Shown: positions 38,860 to 51,559 of the stretch, one piece after another | Layout of the letters: the number at the start of each line of letters is the position of its first letter | How positions within the stretch are numbered: position 1 is the stretch's first letter | DNA from: Somniosus microcephalus | Lineage: Eukaryota | Reading direction: 5' to 3' | NCBI GenBank assembly: GCA_052327205.1 | Contig: CM126224.1 | Coordinates: 16,120,001-16,184,000, forward strand | Length of the DNA stretch: 64,000 nt | Program-made: the position numbers and the translations under genes | The notes under the pieces: model-generated | The model's database searches: none | The model's input: only the letters and a program-made list of their open reading frames with translations | Told to the model about the DNA's origin: nothing

Positions 38860-39254
38860 CCAGTGGGTTTCTTTTTGATATTGCAGGCACCAGTGGGTTT
38901 CTTTTTGATATTGTAGGTACCAGTAGGTTTATTTTTGATATTGCAGGTACCAGTGGGTTTATTTTTGATATTGCAGGTACCAGAGGGTTTCTTTTTGATA
39001 TTGCAGGTACCAGAGGGTTTCTTTTTGATATTGCAGGTGTCAGTGGGTTTCTTTTTGATATTGCAGGTGTCAGTGGGTTTCTTTTTGATATTGCAGGTAC
39101 CAGAGGGTTTCTTTTTGATATTGCAGGTGCCAGTGGGTTTCTTTTTGATATTGCAGGTGTCAGTGGGTTTCTTTTTGATATTGCAGGTGCCAGTGGGTTT
39201 CTTTTTGATATTGCAGGTACCAGTGGGTTTCTTTTTGATATTGCAGGTACCAGT
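38860..39254. repeat. 30-bp minisatellite, 13 copies
   Basis: Unit ccagtgggtttctttttgatattgcaggta with minor variants; exact 30-nt period. Confidence 0.98.
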
Positions 39255-42200
39255 TCACCATGTTATTCAGTTCTTCCCGTAACCGCATACATGGCATAAA
39301 GTGAGATATAGATCTACTTTCAAGAAAAAGAAAGTGTATTTACTTATTTTAATCAAAGTAACATTAACTGAGGCAGTCAAAAGGCTGATTCGTATATATT
39401 CCACCTCGCCAATTACCCACTGAAATATAAGTGCACAGATGGAAATTGAGTCTTCAGTTTATATTGAACCATTTCTGCTTCTGGGTATGTGTATGGGTAT
39501 GTGGGACATGGTCCATAAAAGGATATGTCTATTTCAAACTGCGGGGCTCCCTAATTCCTGTGGAAAACGAATGAAGTCACTCTTTATGAAAATATTGAGA
39601 TCATCTACAATCTATCACTGCCAGAAATCTGAACAGTCCAGCCAACAATAAATTGCAATCCGATTTATGGGGCTGAGTAGCACTTGCAAGGAGTTGGGAT
39701 GAAACTCAGCCAACACGAGTACCATACAGATATAACAATGCGATGGAGTACATAAAAGCAATTCAAGTTAATTTGCCCTCCCTTTGGGGAAGTATTTCAC
39801 TTGGGACTTCACATAGATCCCTTCACTGAAATAAGGGGTTGAACCTTATGGGGAATTGGGGGTGCATGTCAGTACCTTGATCTTCCAGTTTATAATCCAT
39901 ATAATTGAATAGCTGGACTCTTCATATCTACAAACCGAGACCAAAGAACATGTATCTACCCCTGTTTTCAGCCAGGGAATGATGGTGCAGGGAAGCAAAA
40001 GGAGAAATCTGAAGAGGGATGAAAAAAATTCCAACGGATGGGAGCAAATACTCATGCACAGTTGTCAGTGTACCCTGTAACTGTTAAGAAAGCATGCTGA
40101 TATAGATTATGCTTTTGGGGCATTAATTAACAACTCTGAGTTTTGTAGCTGTAGTTAGAGGATTTTAGATCATAAATAAACCCATTGTTGAAAAGTAATT
40201 GTAAAACTTAGAATAGCATGTAAACAACTTCAAGGTTGCTGCTAATCCCAGAGCTATTTTATAAATGCAGCCTTTTCTTCTAAAGTAATACACTAACATT
40301 AGTAATATTTTACAGTAATAATTTAATATAAATATCAGTATTTGAGCCTTACATAAACCACAGGAAAATTTATAATTTTTTATTTAAATATTCAAATTAA
40401 GTTAATCAAGTTTTGAATCCAGAATAAATGCTTTGTGTTGAATGTGCAATATTTTCTAATACCAGAAGATGTAGACAGTGTAAAGTAACATTTTTAGTTA
40501 TTTATAATTTGAATACTTACCAAACTTTGCAATTTTTTCAATTCATTCATTCTCTGAATGATGGGAGCCACTGGCTCAGCCAGCATTTATTGCCCATCCC
40601 TAGTTTCCTTGATTTCAATTCTATTCTGTTTTTTGATTTCATTAATTATAGTTTGATTTCTTTTTTGGTTCTGTTTTAAATACCTGGTTTAATACTGAAC
40701 CTTTTATTAATTTTTCTGAAAGTCTCATTTGAATTATCCGTATAAGAAGATTGCCAGTTTGAAAAGCTTAACTTGATTTATTTTATTCACTTGAATTTTA
40801 TTTAGTATAGTTAGTATTGGATATAAAAAAAAAATTATTTTGGCATTTCAGTTTCCTGTTTATAATTAAATGTTTCCACTCCAAAAGAAAGAAGTGTACT
40901 TTTTCATAATCAGTACTAGAGTTTAGTTTAGCTGAAGTTTGATTTAGAATGCCATATAGTTTTTCCGCAGGGTCTGAAATACAGAGTGCAGTAAATGTGA
41001 AGCTTTTGTGTTTGTGTTGTGCAAAGCAGTTTATGTCTGTTAGAAAAGCTTTTGTTGCATCTTCATTGTTCTGGGCTAAGGTTCATAAGGTGGCCATTCT
41101 GTTATGTCATTGGAATGTAAATAATGTGATTTTGCCAGTTAAGTTTGTGACACCCAAACAAATATTCTTTGTTCTATGTAATTAATATGTTGGCTTTCAT
41201 TAGTGACTATATAGTTTAAAACTGTAAATCTCTGACCATAAGGACATGGGAAACAAGTAAATGCCATTCAGCCCATCCAGCTCTTATTCCTTAGATCTGA
41301 GTGTCTATTTTTAAAACATTGATGTTTGTGAAGCACATTGAAAAATGACTTAAATTCCTCTTTGATGATTGCTGCATTATTTTTTTTTTTATATCAGATA
41401 CTATGTACATTACTGAAAGTGTCAATGCTCCGAAAACGAATAATCCCATGCAGTTAAAGTAGAAACAGTGGTACAGCAAGATCGTAGCTCTAGAAGTTAA
41501 GCACTTTGACTGTAAAAATGAAAGTTTGAATTGAACTTTTACTCCCAGGGCTGCCCATCACTCAAATTTGCTTGGCTCTGTTTATTAAATGTCTTTAGCT
41601 TTTAGCCAGGCTGGTGAATGGAGCACCATATGGAAGCAAGGTGGCCCATCATTGTTTGACTTGTTTAATTAGAGTGGTACTCTTTGCAGTCTGGTTACAA
41701 AGTAAAATTGGGAACATCCATAGACTTGCATTTCAGCAGTGGTTAGAACATTAATTAAAATGTTCTACATTTTTGAACCTTTTGAACATTTTTCATTGGT
41801 GGGAAAGACTTTCCTATCTCGTGTGTGCCTGTGGTGCTCATAAATTATGGTTATAGTACACTAGAAAAACTGTGATATGGCACCAGTGGAACAATATCCT
41901 CATTCCAATCATTTGTACTTGCAAATTTAAACTTGCACCCATGACCACATTGTCATGGAATGCAGTAAAATAGTCTGCAGTCTCCTAATCAATCATCATG
42001 TATCTGTTACTTTGCCATTGGTCACGCCACAAGTAGTGCACTACAAGTCAAGGCTTCATTTCTTATAAAAGACCACATACGTCTTGATGGTGCACTTCAA
42101 AGTCAAGTATGGAAATGATCAAAAATGAGAAGGAGCTCTCTGGAATTTACACAATGGTGTAGTGCCCTTACAGCACAGTGTGGGAATAGAGAATAAGTAA

Positions 42201-43138
42201 CAGGAAAGAATATCATTTTTCTGTTTCACTGGCAAGGATCACTCTGTAGCTCACAAGCAACAAAGGAGCAAACGTGGTGGTGATCCTAATTAGTGATCTA
42301 TAAATAGCTATTGCACATTTTCCATTAGATATTCTGTTGGGTATATTAAATACTGAAGGCAGTTGAATTGCTTAATGATACGGAAGCATCTACTGTAACG
42401 CCAGAATAGTGGTTGTGACAGAGAATATGAACACTGAGTTACCAGTTTACATTGCACTAATAAACTTTCATCAGAATAAATTTCCAGTTGCACCTGGAGT
42501 GCTATCGTGTCACTTCTAATTTTACAAAATATTTGTGTGGTTGTAGCTAAAGTTGAAGATGTTGATTAGCACCTTTCAGAAAGCCTGGGCGAATATCTGC
42601 TTTGGGAATGGGATTTAGGGATGTAATTACATAGAGAGATGAGATTTGATTTGCAGTTCCTGAGCCACTGAGACTATGAAAATGTGCCAGTGAATGCAAG
42701 GATGCAAGTTAGATTGATATCTTAGAATCTTGCTTGGTTTACGTTTTGGGGTGCAGGTAGAAACTTTGTAGAATCATGCCTCTGAAGGTAAAATGGGTTG
42801 GGCAGAGTCCATAGTAGAGTGGATTGTACATGGCCTGTAGTAGGAATAGACTTGATGGACTAACAGGACTTGTTCCATGCTTTCTCATGTTCCTATATTG
42901 CACTGTTAAAGCCTTACACTTGATAATATTGTACAACTTTTTTTTACGGCACAGAAATACTGTAGTTTTCACATCCTCACATTTTAAAATGGCTTCCTTA
43001 TGAACCAGGTTCACTATAACCCTACCATGTTCATTCAGTGCAGATAATTCTTATCGTTAAGAGTTTACAAATGAGTAATCGTTTTCTATTGACTTGTCAC
43101 TTGTTTTTTTTCTCTTTCCTCTCCAATTTTGCGTGAAG

Positions 43139-43153
43139 CTTTCTCTCAAACTG
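43139..43153 (+). CDS. FNBP1: FNBP1 15-nt microexon (LSLKL)
   Basis: Pyrimidine tract, ttttgcgtgaag|CTTTCTCTCAAACTG|gtaagc, phase 0/0. It encodes the five residues that lie between ..LKRG and G..PEDF in recalled mammalian FNBP1. It is absent from the ORF track. Confidence 0.93.
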
Positions 43154-45277
43154 GTAAGCAATGTGGCATTTTGTGTGTCTGTTCCACTTCTAATATGATT
43201 TACCAACCTTGTTAACCACTTGTGAAATTAATTGAACAATTTTTTTGTTGTCTTTTGTCCATGTTTGTTTTGTTTTGTCAGAAAACTTTGAATACACAGG
43301 TCTGGAATCTAATTGAGGTGATCACTGATATCTTTGTTTTAATCAAAACTTTAATCAATTAACACAATTGCGGAATTAAAAGTGCAACCTCTTTTTCTAT
43401 TGGTCTTCATGCACCTGATTTATGATGCTAATAAACTAAATAATTTGTACGCATTTTGTATGGTAATTTCAAGAGTATCAGAATAATTCTGCCTATATTC
43501 TGTTTATTTTAGTTGTCTACATGTAGGCTGCTGTGGATTATGGACAATATTCTATATTGGCCCAAGCGCATAACCTGCGAATAATCACAAGTGGGCTATA
43601 TTGAACTTGGATCATCACAGAATATTTTCTATATTCCAAGTTCACAATGCATGCAAGTATTGCAAAACCAGCATGCTTATGACTTTTCTAAAAATTAGTG
43701 TGTTTCCATGAAGGCAGAGCAGTAACCAACAATGTGTGCTGATGCTGTGGTATGTTCTCAGGCCTGTATCATACAAATCCTTTGCCTTGTCACTGATGGA
43801 CCTTTTGAGAAGCCCTCCATGCCATGTATGTATTCAACGTTCCCAAGGCCACTTAGTAAATATATTTATTTTGGAGATATTTTGCACTGTTCTTAAGTTG
43901 ACGGACGTCAGTACTGGAGAACGGAACTGTTTCCAGCTTTTGTATTCAGTATCAACATCGTGTGCTCCCAGATCAGATCGGCCACACTTTGCTGTGTCTC
44001 TATTTCCCCCAATACAGTGTTTTGACTCCCATCCTTAAGAGTACCCATACTACCTCAGGTGACATTTCTATTTCCTACTCAGAATATTCTTGCAGCATCA
44101 CTGGCAACTTTTATTTTCCTGTTTGTATAAAGTTGAAGAAAAATTATTTTAAAACCATCCTTAAGAATCTAGGTTAGTTTTTTTTCCTTTGATTTTATAC
44201 ACTGAGGAAAATACATATCCCTTAATATGAGTTATTGAATTCTGTGCAATTTTGTGCTATGGATTCACCCTCAAAGAACTGATGAGATCGCTAAAGTCAT
44301 GTCATATAAGGAGCAATCTTATATCTGAGGAGATTACACCGGATTTCAACCCAGGTCACAGAGTTAAAAGGAAATTGCAAGCATTCTATATTCTAGCAAA
44401 AAATGATTCCATGTATTCAATCTGATGTGGCTTGAATCTCAGTTATGCTCTTGTATTATTCATATTATCCCAATAGCTGTCAGAATTTTAAATGCATGTT
44501 GTAAAATAAGTGGCTGTATTTGTTTTGAGGATTATTGTCTGAATTACTGACAAACTGCTGGTGGATGAAAATAATAACAGTATTACTCACTGCACTAGCA
44601 TTGAACCTCCAAAATTAATTTAGCCTTTCATTTTTGAAAAGTAGTTAAAACAGAATATGCTATTGCTAGTTTGGAGAATTTTTCGATAAATATGGTTTAT
44701 ATTATTCTGATACTCCTACCAAACACTTCAGTACATTACATTTTTTGTATAATACTCTCAAAAGAATGGTATTCTTTAGAAATATGGTAACTCATTCCCT
44801 AAAGCTAAATTCAGGCTATCCAAAAAAGAAAGTACTGTACTGCAGAATTAGTTCATTTTCTCAAATTCAAAAAACACATATTCCAAATTGACCTTGTTCA
44901 CTATTACTTCATCTGGGACGAGCTCGTCTGTGTTTTGAAAATCTTTCTTTGAACATTTCTTTCCATTTAAGGTAAATATTTTTACTTTGGTAAAAGGACA
45001 GATATTTGAATGGAAGTATTTCTTTGAGGTGAGACCAAAGCCCAAAGTGAACCTCTTCAGGAAGCTAGAAGGGATGCTGCAGCTTTGAGACTTTCACATA
45101 TAACGCAGCTCTAAAATCCTCGTGGTGTCAAGTGGAGAAAAAGAATGCGAAAATTCACCATTAAACTAAATGCTTAACTCAAAGAAAAAGCTTGTTTCAG
45201 CCTTGTAAAGTGTTAAATGATTATTTATTATGGTTTTATATGCATCCAGCTTTCGGGAGGAAGTGTTAAAACACATT

Positions 45278-46673
45278 GGCTGGAATTTTCCCATAAAAAT
45301 GGGTGGGTTTGGAGCGTGGGGGCAGTTAACTTGTTAAAAATGGGATTCCCGCCTAGATCCCATCCACTTCCGGTTTTGCCAGGGGCGGACAACCAAACCG
45401 CTACCAGGGGGCGTTATCTCAATTTAAATATTCTAATGAGGCTGGAAGCCTCAATTTTCCCATCCATTTTGAATTTAACTGCTTGGGGATGGGTTTCACA
45501 CAATTCGTGAAACCCAGCAGTAAAACAGAGTGGGGACTGCTGCATACAGGAGGTAAGTGGCTTTACACCTACTTCCTGGATCCAGTGTCCCTGCCTAACC
45601 CACCCTCCGCGATTTGAGACCCCCCCCCATCGACGAGGCCTCCGATCGCTTTCCCAGACCTCGCCTCTGTCCCACTACCCCCCCCCCCCCGCCCCCCCAC
45701 CCCATCCTCCCCAAAAACGATGGTGAGGCTGGCATGATCCTCCGGTGGCCGGACTCGATCATCCGCCCACTCATCCCACCCCCCGCCCTGTGGTCCCCAA
45801 TACTCCCCACGGACCCGATTTACACCCCCCCACCCCCCCCCCCCCCCTCGCCCCCAGCGGTCCCCGATTACGCCCAGCAGTCAACCAATTTGCTCCTCCT
45901 CAGTGGTCCCCGATTTACCCCCACGATCCCCAATCTCCCCGCAGTCCCCCGATTAGCCCCACGGTCGCCCGATGCCCCCCAGACATCTGCAATAACCCCC
46001 ACCCCGCCGTCCCTGATTCTTCGCCCTCCCCGCGATCCCCAATTTATTTTCTCCCCACCTCCCACGGCGATCCCAGATTCTCTTCTCCACCCCCCCCCCC
46101 ACACCGCGAGCCCCGATCCCTTCCCCAATTTTTACCCCCGCACCCCGCGACCTTCCCGCCTCCCATGGCGATCCCAGATTCCCCCCCCCCCCCCCCCCCC
46201 CGCGATCTCAAATTTCACTTGCCCCCGATTTTTCCCACCCCCCGCAGTTCCTGATTACCCCTCGATCTCCTCCACCCTCCGCGATCCCTAATCTCTTCTC
46301 CACCCCCACCCCACCGCGATCCCTGATTGCCTGCTGATCCCTGACCTCTCCAATCCCCGACCACCCCCATTGCCTGCCGATCCTGCAACCCCCCCCCCCC
46401 CAGCCAATCCTCTCTGCAGATTGCCAAACCCCCTCCTGCTTGCCTGACCCCCTCCTGATTCCATCGACTGCTGACACACCACCCTCCCGATTCCCACCCC
46501 CCGCCGATACCTGACCCCGCGATCCCTCCCCCGGACCGACCCCACGCAACTGGCTGGCTGCGGGCGGGAAACTGAGGCCTTGCATTTAAAGCAGGGCCTG
46601 CGGGGAAACCTGGCCTCCCGGGTTTCTCGCCTGCCTTGGACCCCAACCCACCTCCCCGAAGAAAATTCCGGCC
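45278..46673. mobile_element. Harbinger-type non-autonomous element with a poly-C-rich interior
   Basis: 13-bp TIR ggctggaattttc / gaaaattccggcc and ATT TSD (45275-45277, 46674-46676). Confidence 0.85.
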
Positions 46674-49600
46674 ATTGTACCGCCCTTACTCCATTTAAAT
46701 AATCCTGTGAGCACTGAAATAATTTACAGCTTTAAAAATGTGTAGTCCTTTCCTTCCACACAAATTGCTACATAGCTGACTTTCCATGAATTGCTAAAGA
46801 TGAATTCCAGCAGAGAATTCAATAGGACAAAACTGAAGGACATTTCCGACACACAATATTAGTAAATAGCGTATCTTTTGGAATTTACTGTGAAGCTAAA
46901 CCTTTGGCACTAAATTAAGGAACATATATGTAAATACTTAGGCTCTGGAATAACTTTAAAACCAGTACAAAGGTGCTTCCGTCTTAAATTATTACATTGA
47001 CTCAAAGCAGTGGATTTCGAACGCCTGCTTTACAAATACTGTAGGACAGTTATGTTTACCTGAATACAACACCTTTTTATACTATTCCTGCCCACTATCT
47101 TTTGGGGCTCTCTTTCCCCCATTCCATACCATGTAGCAAGCCAAGTGGGCAGACAAGTGAGCTTTCTATCACTGTTGGGCTGTATGTACTAATGGCCAGA
47201 GGTGATTTCATGTTTTGATTTTCTGCCATGGCTGAGAGGAAATGCCTGGCCTCCATTTAACATCTATCTCTTAATAAACTGGCCAAGATATGGAAGTTGT
47301 GAAAGATCCTGCCCTAGTGCCTGCATTGCTTTACCAGCCACATATATGAAGGCGACACTGCAAAGACACCATAGAAGTTATGAGAATCATGGTGGAACAC
47401 ACTGCAATAATTTTATAAAAATGAAGAATTTGGTAAAACAGACATTCCGATGTGTTGCAGTCTGAGTGCACTGATTTTCACTAATCCTCATTGTAAATTA
47501 CATGTTCTACTGTGATGGACTATGTTGTGAATTGAAGTGGGAATGTAAAGTGCAGTATATAGAATTTATACAGTACAGCACATATTTGAGATATTACAGA
47601 ATTGAATTAGTTCAAGATATTTAACCTGCTGAATTGAAAAGTTGCTCCCTCCTGGCACCCACAGCTACCTCCAGTCGAAAGCTACTTACTGGGTAACTAA
47701 AAGTTTGTACACTTTGGTTGTACACTGCACACACTAATGTGAAACTGATTCAAATTATTGAGTGTGTTTCTGCAGACTGCTACGGGTGAATTAGCTTCTT
47801 TAGTGTAATAAAGGTCACTTAAAGATGATGGGGAAATTGCTTTGAGTTTGCTCACTTTCTTGTTAGATACACCTCTGTTCACACAAGAAACCGCAGTCTT
47901 ATGATATGTCTGAGAAGTCACTGCAGCATTTCCAACCATATCTTTCTAATAATTGTTGACAGTAGCTTCAGCGTTACTTAAGTGACTGTTCACTAGCTTC
48001 TCCTATTCATGGAACTGAAATGCAAACCAAAAATGTTTTCGATAAAAGAATGCAGTACAATGTGGGTGGATCTTTCAATTTAGCATTAATCCAAATTAAA
48101 ATTGGACAATTTGCATTTTGACTTCAGGATTCATTTGAATAAAACCTATTTTTTTAATGCACTGTATGCACTGATATATACACAACAAATATGAATACAA
48201 TGTGCCAGTGTCCAAACCATTAATCACTTTTATGTGTGAGAATTTGTGTGGTGCACATGGACCTCCTTCTGCCAAGATGACTTTGGGCTCATTGACCAGG
48301 ATTCCAGTCATGCTTTTACTTGTTTCTTCTGGTCTGCTAATTAACTCCTTACACCTTCATTACAGCCCTTTTCAAGCTACTTGGGTACCCAGAGGTACAC
48401 ATGAAAGTTCGGCATCCTACAATTTAACTGGAGTGAAGGATTATAAACCTTTAGCGATCTCTATTAAATTCGGTCAGCTGTGTCCAAATTCCTGATGGAA
48501 TTCAACTTTGTCAGATGGGTTTTCATAAACCCTATATTGGAGATGCTAACAGTAAAGTGAATCTGGAAACAAAAATGCAGGCCGGTATAGTGCCTTTGTT
48601 TGAAAATGGCAGCATTATTAGAATTCTCCACACCAGCACAATGGGCATTTTTCTGCAAGTACTGTCTTATCCGCAGAGTATTTTTGTGTAGCTGACTTAT
48701 ATTTTCCTCCTTTGCATTTCTCTCAAACCCAATTTTAGACACCTGACCCAGGAGCAGGCAACTTCTGAACTGCTCCAGGGCTTTAAATTCCTTGGAATGG
48801 GGGCATTAAAAGCGGACAAATGATGGAGCCAGATTTCTGAGAAGTCTGCATTCTCCTCTGAATTGCTTGCTGAGGGTCACTCCTTATGGTCATTATGTGG
48901 AATTATATCTACAGCAAAAGATGTGAAATTCCTTGTATCCTCTTATCACTGCACTCTACAGCCTGCGAAGGATGCATCGAGGCTGAGCCACTTGCACAGG
49001 GGAGACACGAAAGCAAGATTAGAAAACACCTGTTGTTCAAATCATTCATATTCTTGTCAACTGAATCTGCATTATTTTGTGGAATATTATTTCTTGCAGT
49101 GTGAAAGAACATATTTGTGTGCTGCAAGGTTCAAGGAAAAACAGAACTGACGGTTACATAATTCAAAGGATGTGCATCGCTGAAAAGTTATAACTGGCTA
49201 AATTAAATTTTGCATAAGTGCATGCATCAGTAAGGGAAATATGCAGATTAATTTTCCTTGTTAATGGCTTAGAGTGCATAAAATCGACTAACATTTTTGC
49301 ATGATCGAGTAAAGACTAATCAATCAGCCAATACTGTTATTGGAATTATTGTCACTCGATCTGTGCTACAAAATGTTATTCATAAAAAGAATGTCATTTG
49401 TCAGCATTACTTTTTAATTTAATCCTTTTCTGTCTGGGTAGTCAAAGTATCTTTAGGGTATGAAGAGAGATTTTGAAAATTCACCTTCCTTAATAGGGAG
49501 TAAAGAAACCACACTCCGTTTTCTCCTTATGTTAATCTCAAAGTAGTCACTCCACCTGCTTTGGATTCTTTGGCTTTCCCCCAACTGTGGAGACAAATTC

Positions 49601-50239
49601 TTTTTGGTGGGTATAGGCAGCTGATGTTTTGACCACTTGCATTTCTGTGGTACAGCCTTTGTAATGATGTATATTGTCCAGTGTTGAAAATTTGGATAAT
49701 TTACAGCATGTGCCCCATCAGGAACCACAGCTGGATCTCCAGTGTTTTCCATGGGCTTCTGCCAGAGTGGGAGACAGCCAAAACTCCCAAGAAATTTCAA
49801 CTCAATTGTTTATGCATTGTCCACTGGCTCCACTCACAGTGTGGCAACTGATGTTTATACTTTGTGAAGTATCAGCCATTTAAGGGCCATTTTGGGTTAT
49901 TGCGTGTGTCCACACATATGCAGGATTGTTTCAGGAGCAATTTTTTTAAACCTTTACTAATAAGAATTAAAAGATGTAGGAAACAGGACGCCAACTCCAA
50001 GTCAAATCTAAAATATTCTGAATGAATGTCTGTATCTGGGTTTAAGTAACAGATTATTAAAGCAGACTAATGTCCTATATATTGGCCACCAGGCTAAATT
50101 ATTTTAGCTTTGGGGTAGCAAAACTGGAAAGGGTTTTTTTTTTTAAATGACTCTATTTAAATTTGGCATCCAGACAAAAGTGTGACCAAAAGTATAAATC
50201 CACCTGAGGTACTGACCTGTGTGATTATGGCTTGGACAG

Positions 50240-50349
50240 GGCTCGGGACCAGAAGACTTCAGTCATCTGCCACCAGAGCAACGGAGAAAGAAACTTCAGC
50301 AAAAAATTGATGAGATTAATAAAGAAATTCAGAAAGAGTGCGATCAAAG
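50240..50349 (+). CDS. FNBP1: FNBP1 exon, HR1 domain first half
   Basis: gacag|GGC...CAAAG|gtaaga, 110 nt, phase 0/2. [36 protein letters not shown](R). Confidence 0.96.
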
Positions 50350-51559
50350 GTAAGAGGGAGCTTACCACCAACAAGAAAATAATTTTCTTCCTTTGATTGT
50401 ATTGACCACAATGAATTAATGACAGTACTTTGCAGAGCATTTTAAGTAGCAATATTATGTGGTACTACAACATAGTCATAAATGCCTTTTTTAATACGCA
50501 ACAATAATTATCTGTTAAAATTCTATAGTGAGCATTTAGCATCCTTAGTTACTTGTGGTTGAAATTTTTCATTGCATTAGTTATTATCTTACTCTTGCTC
50601 TCCATCTTATGCCCTGGAAACCTATTCGCTAATCTCACCAGTTAAAGACCAATGTACATACTTGATAAAGAAATAAAGATAAAATCACTAAATATTTGGT
50701 GATTCAACGAAGAAGGGCCTTAATACATAGGGTTTTGACACAGCTGATCATTAGTTTTTCTTTAAATCCACGTAATGCCTCTGAATTACCTCTGTGCATT
50801 CTCACAACCACTCGGAGAAGAGAGGGGGAGGGAGTTAAGTAAGATACTTTTAATGGCATATTTCTTCCACTATATGCAGTAGAGTCCCTCCCACCCTCCA
50901 TATTAACACTGCTTGTTAGGTTGTCAGTTCAAAGGAAGCCATCAAGGCAGAATTAATAAAATAAATATTTAAAGGAACTAGAAGAGATGAAGGTGCATAG
51001 TGGTTGTGTATGTAGAACCTTCTTTTGCAGAAACCATCAAGACAGACCATTGCTTGGAGATCTTAGCCTGAGAATGTTGGGTCACCTTGAAAAACCATAA
51101 GGTATCCAAAGGAATCTATTGGACCACTCAAGTTATTTTTAAATGAGTTAATTTGTTTTACTATTGTGCTCCAGAGGGCAAAGGTTGTTAGTACTGTTGA
51201 AAATGGAACACTTTCAATGTTGGTATACAGTGTAGTAAACTCCAATATTGTGCCTTAACTTCAACCACAGTTAATCCACCTCTACTGCGCTAATATGACA
51301 TTTCCATTTCCTATACCAACCATCCTTGTTGCATCTAATTGGACAACCAGTTGTTGCTGAATTGTTTTGAGATTGCCCAATTTTATTTCATATAGCGTTG
51401 TTATAGCCAGCAAACAAGATACTCTTGCCCCACTCCCAATTTTATGCAGATTATTGTCTGAGCTTCTGCCTCAACAAATGATTCAGCTGTGGTGCTGTTA
51501 CATTCCTCCTAATAGTAGTTTCAGAGTTGGCATGGATTTGTGAAGGCTCTGACTAATTT

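Noticed and set aside
38935-39282. 115-aa hydrophobic repeat ORF (ILQVPVGFFL)n as a standalone gene
   Set aside because: It is a translation of the 30-bp minisatellite with no ATG start (TTG) and no gene context. It is considered only as a possible cryptic exon source.
45614-46646. Proline-rich and glycine-rich ORFs resembling extensin or formin FH1
   Set aside because: They are artefacts of poly-C low complexity inside a TIR/TSD-bounded element, open in several frames on both strands.
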